Assembly: GCF_006345805.1 (NCBI RefSeq)
Contig: NC_042998.1
Span: 184,202,001-184,266,000, forward strand
Direction of reading: 5' to 3'
From: Octopus sinensis
Lineage: Eukaryota
Length of the DNA stretch: 64,000 nt
The translations under genes and the position numbers were made by a program. Every line of letters starts with the position of its first letter. The stretch's first letter is position 1. This document shows, piece by piece, positions 50,870 to 63,410 of the stretch. Below the pieces are notes generated by a model. It had not been told where the DNA came from. It ran no database searches and worked only from the letters and a program-made list of their open reading frames with translations.

Positions 50870-53490
50870 ACATACATACATACATGCATACATACATGAT
50901 GGCCATCTACTCATGACCATGGAAGACCATTGCTGATCTTTAGGAACATTGTGCGCTCTAGGACTAACTTATATTTTGCATTTGTGGCTCAGTTGGTGGC
51001 TTATGAACCCTGCTCTTGACAAGCATACATTGTAAACCAAACTTTCCCCATTCACTATGCTAGCAGTGCACTTTCGAGCAGCACGCTTAAATTCTTCATG
51101 AAGAATATGTGCTCTTTCAAAGGTGTCAGCCCCCTCTTTAACCTGCTCCCTCCATCTGTAGTGATGACAGGCACTGCTCTCCCAGTCTGTCTACTGCATA
51201 TCACAGGCCTTTAATGAGGACTTGACACAGTCTTTAAATCACAGACTTGGTTTCTGCTGGGGTCCCTTTCCGCTAAGAAGTTCTCCATATAGCATTTGTT
51301 TAGGGATCCTGATATCCCTCATTCTAATAAGGTGTCCAGTCTAACATAACCGGTGCTTGTGCACCATTGCCTCAATACTCAAGATATCAGCTTTCCTCAA
51401 GACCTGTGTGTCTGGAGTTTTTATGGTCCAGCCAACATTCAGAATGTGTCTGAGACATCTCTGATGGAAGCATTCAAGGACCTTTACATGACGTTTGTAA
51501 AGGGTCCATGTCTCACATGAGTAAAGGAGCAATGTCAGTATACATGCACAGTACACAGCAATTTTTGTTTGCCTTGTGATGCCATGCTGGGGCCAGATAT
51601 GAGACTCAAGAGACTGGAAGGAACCAGTTGCTCTCTACAGCCTGAAAGAGATTTCATCATCCAGGCAGCAAGAACGGCTGAGTGTGCTGCCCAGGTAGAC
51701 AAACTTGTCTACCACTTTCAGAATTGTTCCTTCATCCAAGATAGCTGGTTCCACATATGGATTTCTTAGTGCAAGCTGGAACATTACAACAGTCTTGTCC
51801 AGGTTAATGCTGAGTCCAAATGCCTTGTAAGAAGCAGAAATACGATTCATAAGTATTTGCATGTCATCCACTGTATGAGTGGCTAAGTCACTCATAAAGG
51901 AGGTCATGAATAAGAGACTTCAAAACTTTTGAATTGGCAGAAAATTGGCACAGATTAAAGAGGCGGCCAGTAGATTGATACCTGACATATATTCCCAGAG
52001 AGCTAACCTCAGCAAAGGCATGAGTAAAAGTAGCAGCAAAGTACAAAGAAAAGTGAGTTGGGGCAAAAATGTCACCCTGCTTAACACCATTCTCTACAGG
52101 AATGGGTCCTTCCATGCCACCACCAACATTGACCCAAGCCTCCATTCCATCATGAAATGATTTAATTATAGATACAAAGTGATCCACACGTTCAAGTTTG
52201 CCAAGTATTTTCCACAGCAAGGCCCTATTCACAGTATCAAAGGCCTAGATTAAATCAATGAATATCTAGACAGATCCATATTCTGCTCATAACACTTCTA
52301 CATCTGTCTTGCTGTGAAAAATGATATCCATTGTCCCTCTACCAGATCAGAAGCCACATTGAGATTCAGATAGGACATCATTTACGAGACATCCATTCAG
52401 GCGGGTAAGAAGAATATTTGCCAGAACCTTGCCCGCAGCTGATAGTAGAGCAATACCTCTGTAGTTGCCACACATTATTTTGGTTCCATTTCCTTTATAG
52501 AGAGGAAGAATAATTGCATCCTTCCAATCCTTAGGCATTGCACCATCCCTCCAGACTACACTAATAAGTTCATGAAGGGACTGTATGATGTAATCACCAC
52601 CGAATTGCAAGACTTCAGAACAAATTCCAGCCCTACCAAGATTTAATTTATTTATTATTGTCATTACCTCATCTATTAAGGAGCCAGTGATAGATCTTTG
52701 TTGCATAGTATCAATCACTGTTTCATCCACAACTGACTCGTAGTTTAAGGGTTCAGAGAAGTGTTCAATCCAGCAATCTGTGATTTCTGTTGATTTAGTA
52801 AAAAGAGTAAAAGACTCCTTGGAAAGCAAAGGAGCTGATGCAGAGCTCTTAGGCCCATGAACTAGCTTCATAAGATGGTAAAGCTTCTTGCTGTCATTTG
52901 CATCAGCAGCAGCCCGAACATCATGAGCAAGATCCTCCCACTAAGTGTTCTGCATCTTCCTGAGTGATTGCTGCAGTAGTGATTTTACACTGCTACAGTG
53001 GGCAAGTGCTAGATTTTGCTGAACAGCTGAACGTCTTCTCTGCAGCAATACATTGTAGGCATGGTACTTTATAATCAATAGTTGCTAAACTTCAGCATTG
53101 TTTTAATCAAATCAATCTCTGTGTCTGGCAGTAGCATATCCCAGTGTTTCAGCAGCACATTAAAGAACCTGGTCTCGAAAATCTTCCCATACTGTAGTAT
53201 TTTCAATGCTAGACAAGCAAGTCTGGAGCTCTTTCCTCAACACAGCATCATATATCTTCTGGACATTCAGACGCCGAGGAATGCCAACTGGTCCTCTTCT
53301 CTCTTTCACTCTAATCATCAGCCAGAACTTTGCTTGCACCACACTGTGGTCTGTCCAGCATTCTGATCTAGGAAAGGACTTGACATTACAAATGTCATAG
53401 ATGTCATGCTTGTGGATGACGACATAATCCAGCAAGTGCCAAACTTTAGACCTTGGATGCATCCACATTGTTGTGTGATCAACTTCGTGC
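50870..53490 (-). mobile_element. RTE-clade LINE, ~2.6 kb, 5'-truncated, antisense to the host gene
   Basis: Endonuclease end HPRSKVWHLLDYV..ECWTDH; RT motifs NYRGIALLSAAGK, ESQCGF, GVKQGDIFAP; C-terminal LLYSCETWTLY..FHQRCLRHIL; (ATGT)n tail near 50870-50895; many stops and frameshifts. Confidence 0.92.
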
Positions 53491-56400
53491 ATAAAATGAG
53501 TGCTTATAGAATATAATAGAATATACATGCATAAAATCACGGAAGATGAGACACAACTCATCAATACAAGCATATAAGAAAAATATAAGAAAAATGTGAG
53601 ATGGACATACTCAAAGTCCTCATCGACCAAATATCACCATCACACCTTTATATAATTACAATTTCTAAAACAAATAATTTTTTACTAAATTTTATCAAAG
53701 AGCACCCTGTCTTGTGGAGCCTCTTCCCCACCACCAGAAATTTTTCAAGGAATGATGGAGTTACTTGGACCTTATTTAGGAAATGCAACTATATAGATCA
53801 ATCATAGCAATCAAATTTTATTTCTTTCATAATGATTTTCAGATGTTTCATCTTTCAGGAAAATTAATTTTCTACATATATTTAGTCATTTATGAACGAA
53901 AGTTTCTAAAGTAATTTTGCAGATAAAACCATCTAGTGACTTATTATCCATTCACTGGATAATCGCTTCATTGATTTTTTTGTTTTGCCAACATGTTTTA
54001 ATAATGCTAAATATGCAGATCTATTTACATATTGTCAACATGATTGATTTTTCTGTTTAACAGAGTTGTTCTTTATTTAATTACTAGATAATTACTTGAT
54101 TGATTTTTTGGGAGGTTTTGTTTACATATTTCCAAAATATCATAAGTACAAATCTGATTACATGCTGTCAACATGGTTGCTATTTAGTTGTAGCTAGAAG
54201 GTATATGTTTACATATTTATTTTAAAGTAATAGCCAATAATGATCCAGCTATATTTTGAAATAGGAAATATATCACTATTCAATGAACAATTACCCTTAA
54301 CTTACACACAGACACACATCTGGTATCTAGTCTCCTCTTCTGCCTCATCCCTGTCATTGCCATCACCATCGTCACCATCGCTGCCATCGCCGTTGTTGTT
54401 GTCATCATTGTCATCATCATCACCATCATCATCATCAGTGCCATTAGAAATTCACACCACATATCCAAAATAGACTGTCAACACATGGACCTATAGATAG
54501 TCATATGATCTGCTAGACATAGCAGCCACAGTTCACTCAAATAACATGACATCATTTTTTTAAAAAAGCAGCGGCACATTAAATGATGTAGGGATAGCTA
54601 TAGCCAGAAAACCATTTGATCATAAGTTTGCTTGAATATTATTATGAGAGACTATTGCCATATGTACGGACAAATGTCTGTTGATCATGAAATAAACATT
54701 GTTTTGCTAGTAGTGGTCTGACAAGGTATATTTTGTTCATAATGCTAATTTCCTGATTCTGCATTGCATTTAACTGAGAAGAGACATTTATGTAAAAGTT
54801 ATGGTGAAAGCTGCAAATCTTCAGCTGGACTTCAAAGTCATCTTTGCTTTGCAGCTCATTAACAGACAATAGTCATAGTCATTATTGACTGTTTTCTATC
54901 TTCTACATGTGTCCACATGTGTTTATGTGTGTTCATATGTATGTGTTTATATGTGTGTGTGAGATTACTTAAGTTGTGATTCTACTTCTATCAGTTTTGG
55001 TAAATTGACTGATAATAAAAACTAAAATACTAAAATTCAATAAAAAAGGAATTAATGTAAAAAAATTAATTAAAAAAAAAATCTAACTTATGTATTTTAA
55101 CATTTTTGCATTGGTTGGTACCAATGTCTTTAAAAAAGAGTTCTTAGAAAAAGAATACTTTATTAATCTGAAGACTACCACTTGTGATAATAGAATTATA
55201 GATAATTGACATTAATCAAGAGTCAAATTGAAAATAGTATGAAAAGAAGAAATACAATAAACGAATCGCAGTTTCAATTCTTGACATCCATAATTGAGCA
55301 TATAACTTGAAATCTGATAAGATTAAAGGAATCTCATAGAATAATTAAAGACTGAAAAGAGTTTCTGATCTTTCATTTCCATAATCACCTGTAATATTTT
55401 GTCTGTATTATATTGGTTTAAACAAAGCTAAAATTTTATTTAAGCCATTTAGTTTCAAATCTTTTTTGTCTTTGTCTTTGCTTTATTTTTCTCTCTATTC
55501 TTTATTTATTTCTGTATTGTATGAGTAGCTGTTACATTTGAGCTTCCAGTTTAAATCCTTCTGTGTCTGTATCGTTTGTGTTATAGATAATTTTATGTGA
55601 GTAAAAGGTATTTGCTGATTAATTAATGGTTATTTTCATGTGTTGCTGTCAGTCATGAAAGGGATAGATATGGACTCTGAGATAGATTACATAATTTGTG
55701 GTACTCAGTTTGGCATCTCACATTTCTGAGTTCAGACATTGGAATGGTTTTTCAGTCTTTCATGTCATCTTTATCTTTTAATTGTTTCAGTCATTATAAT
55801 GTGGCCATACTGGAGCACCATCTTGAAGAAGTTTAGTCAAGAAGTTAGACCACAAAAACTAATTCTTTTAAAGCTTGGTACTTATTTTATCAGTCTCTTT
55901 TGCCGACCTGCTAAGTTACAAAGACGTAAACACATAAATACCAGCTGTCAAGCAGTGATGGGAGTGGGGCCATACATGAATGCAAAGAGACATACACACA
56001 CATGTGCATGCACAAACATACCTTTCATTTACACACATATATTCACACTACAAATGCCATTTATCGGCTTTTACACTCCTTCCTTCGTTATTCATCTATC
56101 ACCCCTTCTTTTCTCATTCATACGATGCTCTTTTTGCCATTTATCTCCTCTAACTTCACCTCTCACTCCAGCTCTATTTTATATATTATGCATTTTGGCA
56201 ATCTGATCAGTAATGGCCCTAACATATGTCACATTACCTATTTTGTTATATCATGCTTTGTATTAAAAAATAAGCGATAAATGTGGTCCAGCTGATGTTT
56301 TGGTTAATCTGTGATTTTCGCCATTTTCTAATTATTTGCATTGGTTCCTGATAAACTCTTGCTTATCCTGTTGTTATCTGCACTCTATGTGTATGGTGTG

Positions 56401-56499
56401 CCTGCACACCATTGCCCAGGAATAATACAGCTAACGGATACTGATAATATATACGGATTTTTTATCCCTTAGTCGGTTACTATAACTGCTAACTCTGTT

Positions 56500-56715
56500 T
56501 ACATATATATATGTCCGAATCAGACACCATGATAGATCGTTAGCCACTACACACATTTTTTTCTCTCCTTGTTTTTTCTGTGTACATTTCTGTAGAAGAG
56601 CATAGGCTCGAAACGTAAAAGACTTCTTCTATTCCTGAGCGCTATACTAATACATCTGTTTGTTTTGTACACCACCTGTCTTCGTCTTTTGTATTTTTTC
56701 GTAAACTTTCCCTAT
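56500..56715 (+). mobile_element. Penelope-like terminal repeat fragment with a degenerate hammerhead-like motif
   Basis: ctgtagaa-gagc atag gctc-gaaacgta at ~56588-56617; a second partial copy lies at 33907. Confidence 0.45.
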
Positions 56716-57976
56716 ATATATATATTATATATATATATATATATACACACACATATACAAATATATAAAAAGACAACGCTCTTATTATTATATTAGGAGA
56801 TTATACATACATTTTAATACTTTACAGTATACTTACATATATATATACATAATTCTATCCATCAATCTAAAACAACAGGATTACTAAAGGAAGACCAGAA
56901 TTTAAGAGAAGAAAAAAACCAAAAGGTCTCATGATATTCATTGAAGGATTTTATCTCATATTCTAATTTTAAAAATCATCTCTGGCTAATTGTTGAGAGA
57001 ACGTTGGTGTTGTGTTGGCAGAGGTTTGCACTCTCTGAATACTCTTGTTATAGATTGTTTTATAACAAACGTTCTTGGCTGCAGAGGAATTATTCTAAAT
57101 TCTTCAGTTCATCTGAATAATACAACATTTCTTCTGAACAAGAACTATCCAAATCTATTGAACAGAAAACTATTTCTTTATTTGCTTAATTTTGTAAAAC
57201 CTGAGCTCATTACAAATCTTGGGAGCCATATACACCACTAAAAGACATTTGATTCTTACTGTGGTTGTCTGCACTTTAAAAATGATATATTCCATATTGT
57301 ATATTATATGTTCTTCTTACTTAACTATTTGTTAATGGCTTTAGTGTTTAATGTAAAAGAAATAATCAGTGGGTGAGGGACCAATATCTACAGACTTTTA
57401 TTGACTGGAAATAGCAGTAACTGAGTGAACTTAGTGTAGTAAGTATTAAAATGGAATTGTTACGTGTTATTGAGGTTAGAGTAGAATGTGCATCGAAGAG
57501 GACAGTGGAATACAGATCAGGGAATTGAGGTTATTGGATAAAATGTTTTATTTAAAGATTGGAAAGTGAGGCATAAAATTAAAATTGGTTTATAGACAGT
57601 AGTGGTCTCATCTGAGGTGGCATAGAATTAACATATCAGGGAGGAGAGGCCATTGTTGTTTCAACTTATCTTTATTTGAAATAGTCTTGAATTTGTATTT
57701 GCTATACAGAGTTCAAATCCTTCTGTCAAGGGTACTTTTTGTCAATTAGGATTAATAAACTTTGATATAAAAGGGTCATTTCAAAGACTGATAATTTTTC
57801 TTTTCTAATCTATGTCAAGAAAACCCACAGTAACTGAAATTATCTTTGTATAAAATTTAGGATAAAGACCTTCTAGGAAAATTTAAAATTACATGTATAA
57901 AATAGCTACCATTTGATAGCTTTTACTTGATATTTCCTATTAGATATTTTTAATTTGATATCATCTTTTACTTTAG

Positions 57977-58024
57977 GGTGATTTAAGAAATGAAATGTGT
58001 GGCTTTGATATCACAGATAAAGAG
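57977..58024 (+). CDS. Tetraspanin exon 5 (48-nt exon with the 7th EC2 Cys)
   Basis: catcttttactttag|GGTGAT...AAAGAG|gtaagt; GDLRNEMCGFDITDKE. Confidence 0.9.
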
Positions 58025-58162
58025 GTAAGTGAAAGTTTCTTCTCTTTTTATGTAAATATATTTGAAAGAGTTCATGTATGTTTAAGCTTAGGCTTGTGTG
58101 GTTTTTTTTATATATAAGCTAGTTCTTATATTCATGTAAGTGTATGCACATGTGGTAATGTG

Positions 58163-58622
58163 TGTAACAAGATGAGAGTTCAGGAACACTGGAGGGGTGT
58201 CTGGTCTTATCTCGTCACATACAAGTCGAAGAAAAGGAACCAAAATCCGGCTGTCTTCAATAACAATAAATAGTAGTTTATTCTTCGGGTTCACAAGTAA
58301 AATATATACATATATATTTCTTATGGGCGAACCGGCAGCCAAGTCCACAGGACTGTTTACAAATGTTCACTTGGGCGAGCCAAGAGGATACGGTGTTTGT
58401 TCCCGCTTCAAAAAGAGAGCTTCTCTGTGCGTAGGGTTTTCCCTGAGAGAAGTCTTAACCACGTCCGCTCGTTAGCGCTGCTCTTCCAAAAAAGACCAAT
58501 TTAGTGGTAACACTTTCAGGTTGCAGTTCCTGTGCATGCACATGAGGGAACTTCTGGCAGCCTACCAGAAGTAATCCAATTCTGCGCATGTGCGCTGAAA
58601 CTTCCACAGTAGCGTTGCTACA
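58163..58622. mobile_element. Solo LTR (460 bp)
   Basis: TGTAACAA...TTGCTACA termini, 4-bp TGTG duplication on both sides, CpG-rich relative to flanks, internal AATAAA and TATA-like tracts. Confidence 0.7.
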
Positions 58623-59025
58623 TGTGCACACTTGAACATAAGTTAAGAAGATATACCTGCCTATATGATGATTTCATGGTACATGGGCAGGAGAAACATC
58701 ATAGCCAAGACCAGAAACATTGGTGGTAACATGGGCCCTTGTCTCTCAATTACCTTTGTTCCTATAACGGTGCAAACAGGTCATGAGCATAGAGGTGACC
58801 AATAATAGCTAGTGATCAAGTGGAGTCTGCATGGATTTCTAGATATTGATGGCTCCCAAAGAGCAAAAGTTATTCTAGGAGTTATAGTCATAATAGAAGC
58901 AGTGAAGTACAGGAAGAAAACTCCTTTTCTATATGTGTGGGAAACTGAACAACATAAGAACCTGTTATAAAGAGTAAAGAGTAGGAAGTACATCGCTTTA
59001 GACAATCATGGCTGCAACAGCAACA

Positions 59026-59218
59026 GCAGGAGGCGCAATGGCCCAGTGGTTAGGGCAGCGGACTCACGGTTGGAGGATCATGGTTTCGATTCCCAGACCG
59101 GGCGTTGTGTGTGTTTATTGAGCAAAAACACCTAAAGCTCCACGAGGCTCCAGCAGGGGGTGGTGGCGACCCCTGTTGTATTCTTTCGCCCCAACTTTCG
59201 CTCACTCTTTCTTCCTGT
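59026..59218 (+). mobile_element. tRNA-derived SINE (family F), 3'-truncated
   Basis: tggcccagtggttag...ggtttcgattccc promoter boxes; related to the internally deleted minus-strand copy at 16420-16635. Confidence 0.75.
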
Positions 59219-59819
59219 TTCTCAACCCCGACTTCCTACGCATATTCATCCATCCATCGATGTTCTCGGTGTCGGGGGTTGACCTGCTTTCTTTTCTGTG
59301 GGTCTTACGAATAGCAAAGGACCACGTTTCAAACTTCTCCCATCTTGCGAGCTCTGGGATGAAGACCGTTCGCTCAACAGCAACAGCAACAGCACTATCA
59401 GTTGAAACTTCTTGGATTGCCAAGGAAGAAATAAACATAATCGCTTCATCTTCATTGCTTCTAGTACTGGGAGTCAAAGTCAATGAGGTAAGTGAGAAGA
59501 TGAATGGTCTCCTTCACCATCACAATGACAATCAGAGACTGCAATTTCGGGCCATTATGTTAAGGAATAAAGAGAAGATGGAGTCTGGATAAAATTCCTG
59601 CAGAAACCACCCTAAAGTCAAACAAGGATGCTGGGAGCTCTAAAAATTTTTTTTTTAAATCCAGCTGGGAGAAACTAAACTTTCCAAACTGACAACCAGA
59701 ACTTCATAATCAGCCAAAATGTTGTGTTAACAACAAACAAGTTGAGGACAAATATCCATCAATTGTAAATAATGTAAATAATGTACATAATTCCTCATCT
59801 TTTAAATATAGAACTGTAA

Positions 59820-60110
59820 TACATACATACATACTCACATACACATACACACAGGCACACAGATACAGACACACATACATACATGCATACACATACATAC
59901 ATACATACATACATACATACATACGTACGTACGTACGTACGTACGTACGTACATACATACATACATACATACATACATACATACATACATACACATACAT
60001 ACATACATACGTACGTACGTACGTACGTACGTACATACATACATACATACATACATACATACATACATACATACATACATACATACATACATACATACAT
60101 ACATACATAC
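59820..60110. repeat. Compound (TACA)n/(TACG)n tetranucleotide satellite
   Basis: Direct reading. Confidence 0.95.
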
Positions 60111-61094
60111 CTTGTTGATGCTGACATTCCAATGAAGCAGCCTTGGATCTAGGTTAGAAATTGATTCTTTCTCAATTGGCAAGAAATCTTAAGAAATAAA
60201 ACTGAATAATGACATGCATACATACATACATACATACATACATACATACATACATACATACATACATACGAATATACACATATAGATACATACATACTCA
60301 CACAAATAGAAGCATAAATACATACATCTATATATACATACGCTAACATATATAAGGATTTATTTTTTTTTACACTTTTTGACTATGTCCATTAGTATTT
60401 TAAAATGAGTTGGTGGTTATGGTCATATTTATAATGGAGACCAATATCGAAACTAAAGATGAGATGCTGTCTGACATTTTGAATGATGAAATTGCACAGT
60501 GGAAATATTACAAAACGAAAGTGTATATATGGCACAGTGAATATATGGCTCTGATCTTCCTATTACCAGAACATTGTATGAGATGAATAATTGAAAAATA
60601 AATATTTTATTTATGAGTATGTCATTATTTTATGAATCAATAACATTAGCAATGCCAGATCAATAATGTCCATTATACACGAATGCCATCATAACAGTTT
60701 ATTTATTTATTTATTTGTGTATGTATTTTAAGATGTGATAGCTCCTCGTTTTGAATTTTCCATTAAATTTATTTTTGTATGTGCTATCAGATGAATTGTT
60801 TGGAAACAGGTTTAAAAGTGCTAGACATTTGTCCATGACACACTGAATATTTTCTTTTCACATTTTTTTCAGCTTTTTGCCAAACACATTCCACCATTCT
60901 TATGTATTAACTTAAACAGGTTGATATTAGTCCATAAAATGTTATCATATCAAATGCTGAAAAAATTTACTTATCAAATAGGTTTTAACCAAAAAGAGAT
61001 TTGCTTCAATTTGTTTGTTATTTATAACATGCTTGTGTTAATTATAATACATACTTTTTTTTTATTGTTGGATATTAGATTTATTTATCATCCC

Positions 61095-61390
61095 ATTCGA
61101 TCGTGGCCATTGCTAGCCTCATCTGGCCCCTGTGCCGGTGGCACGTAAAAAGCACCATCTGATCGTGGCCGTTGCCAGCCTCGTCTGGCACCTGTGCAGG
61201 TGGCACGTAAAAAGCACCCACTACACTCACGGAGTGGTTGGTATTAGGAAGGGCATCCAGCTGTAAAAACTCTGCCAGATCAGACTGGGCCTGGCGCAGC
61301 CTTCTGGCTTCCCAGACCCCAGTTGAACCGTCCAACCCATGCTAGCATGGAAAACGGACGTTAAACGATGATAATGATGATGATGATGAT
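61095..61390 (+). mobile_element. SINE family A
   Basis: Conserved core and (GAT)n tail. Further degenerate copies lie near 4420, 5226, 5890, 6421, 18655, 30340, 32105, 33500, 37000 and 62995. Confidence 0.85.
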
Positions 61391-61917
61391 TTCTCATAGA
61401 GAAAATGGTCTACAGATCAGTAAAGGACCATAGAAACGTAACAAGAGCAATAAACAAAAAATATACATCTTCCTTTCGGTTCATGACATTGACCTCTTCT
61501 TTACAATCAAAAGATAATAGGAAAGTCTAAAACTCAAACACCTAGTGCCAGACAAAATTACAAACATCTAAGACATCTAGACTCTGAAACAGTCACTGAA
61601 GCAATCTAAAAGCTTGGCATGATTATAATAATTCTAGACCCAAGCAAAAACCTTCATAAAGTGATTTTATTAAGACCTAAAGGTTAATCCCTGACATAGC
61701 GTTTCTTCCAGATTTTTACATCTTGAATTAAAATTCTGTTGAGGTTGAGTATACCTTTAATGCTATTGAAGTTGATAAAATAAGTACCAGTCAAGTACTG
61801 GGGTTGATGTAATTGACTTGTCCCTACCCTCAAAAATGTTCTGGCCTTGAATGAATTTTTTATGCTTAAAATGAAGCATCACATATATAAATGGTTATCA
61901 TTATTATTTAAATTTCA

Positions 61918-62145
61918 AAGACAGCAAACTGGCAGAATTTTTAGTACACCAGGTGAAATGCTTAGTAGGTTTTCATCCAACTTTATGTTCTGAGTTCAAA
62001 TTCTACTGGGGTCGACTTTGCCTTTTATCCTTTCAGGATTGATAAAATAAGTACCAGTTGGGTAGTGGGGGGGAGGTCAATGTTATTGAAATACCTTTCC
62101 CCCAAAATTGCTGGCCTTGTACCAAAATTTGAAACCATTATTATT
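61918..62145 (+). mobile_element. SINE family C (ctggcagaa..ctgagttcaaattc..gtaccagttg..gaaacc), inserted at the exon 6 acceptor
   Basis: Same family as ~13978-14160, 38030-38250 and 42185-42390; flanked by duplicated cattattatttaaatttca. Confidence 0.85.
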
Positions 62146-62155
62146 TAAATTTCAG

Positions 62156-62272
62156 AGACATGCAGTTAATCATCGAATCTACACTCAAGGCTGTCTTAAA
62201 GGCTTTCGGAACTGGTTTCATAAGAATGAGATCCTCATCACCATTCTAGCAGCTTTGTTTATTGCCCCACAG
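62156..62272 (+). CDS. Tetraspanin exon 6 (last EC2 Cys, start of TM4), 39 codons
   Basis: tttaaatttcag|AGACAT...CCACAG|gtaagt; RHAVNHRIYTQGCLKGFRNWFHKNEILITILAALFIAPQ. Confidence 0.94.
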
Positions 62273-62601
62273 GTAAGTACACTCATATATATTTTCATTA
62301 TGTTGCAACATTTCCAGTTTAGACCTAGTAACTTATATGTTACTTTAAATAAAACCAGCCCAGGAGAGTTACTCTCATGTTCGTGCTTGTTCTTAATGTG
62401 TTTTCGTGGTTAGTGCCACTGTTGCCCACTTGCCAATTTTATTAGCAGCTGTTTTGAAATGTTAGTGTCTTTGTTCAGATACCATTCTGCTTTTCCTAAA
62501 ATCAGTATCCTTAAAACAAAAATCTCCCAATATCTGAAACAGTTAAAATAATTATAGTGGAATTGCATAATTGTTTCAACATCAGAAAGTTCCTTGAAAT
62601 A

Positions 62602-62935
62602 TTGGGTTGTCTGGAAAGTTCATGCCAATTTATAGTAGCTTACCTTTTGACTTATTTTAGAACATGGTTGAGTCCATGAAATAGAATTTGACTACACCTC
62701 CATTTAGAGCACAGTTTATGCTATCTTTTCGTGGAAGAAGGTTTATGTTCCTATAACCTGTGTTAATTCTGTAACCCTTTAAAATGGAAGATAAGAAAGT
62801 TCATTTTCGGCACTTGATGCTTTGGGAACCAGACAAAAATTGCTGCAGCTTGCTGGGATGTGTTACCCCAGCCTCCATATTCGCCAGATATTGCTCCTTC
62901 GGATTTCCACTTATACTGTTACCCATCTGTTGCCA
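62602..62935 (+). mobile_element. Internally deleted mariner element
   Basis: TA|TTGGGTTGTCTGGAAAGTTC TIR-like start. The transposase N-terminus MEDKKVHFRHLMLWE is fused directly to the C-terminal WDVLPQPPYSPDIAPSDFHL. Confidence 0.85.
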
Positions 62936-63256
62936 CTCTTTTCCAAGGATAAAGTTGTCTCCTTGGAGTTCATAGTCTTGCCAACCATATGATGGCCTCA
63001 CTAGTGCTGGTACAGGTTATAAGCACCCAGTATGGTCTGTAAAGTGGTTGGCTTTAGGAAGGGCATCCAGCCATAAAAACCATGCCCTAGCAGACACTAA
63101 AGCATGAAGCATTTCTTCAGCCCATTGGATCTGTCAAACTGTCCAACCATGCCAATATGAAACATGAATGTTAATAATGATTTAAGATTGATTTGGAATT
63201 ATAAAACTTGTATTTTTAATACATACATATATATATGTATGTATTATGTATATATG

Positions 63257-63290
<34 letters not shown>

Positions 63291-63410
63291 TGTATGTATG
63301 TATGTATGTATGTATGTATGTATGTATAAAACATGATTAACAATTTTTCATTAGCAGTTTCCCCAGATTCTAAAATCCCTTATTAAAATTTCACAATTTT
63401 TTCTTTGCAG

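Noticed and set aside
54642-54869. NKIYLVRPLL resembling the piggyBac DKLYKVRPL motif
   Set aside because: It is a single short match with no flanking catalytic motifs or TIRs.
4420-63180. Orientation bias of SINE A copies relative to the host gene
   Set aside because: Both orientations are well represented and the numbers are too small to support a bias.
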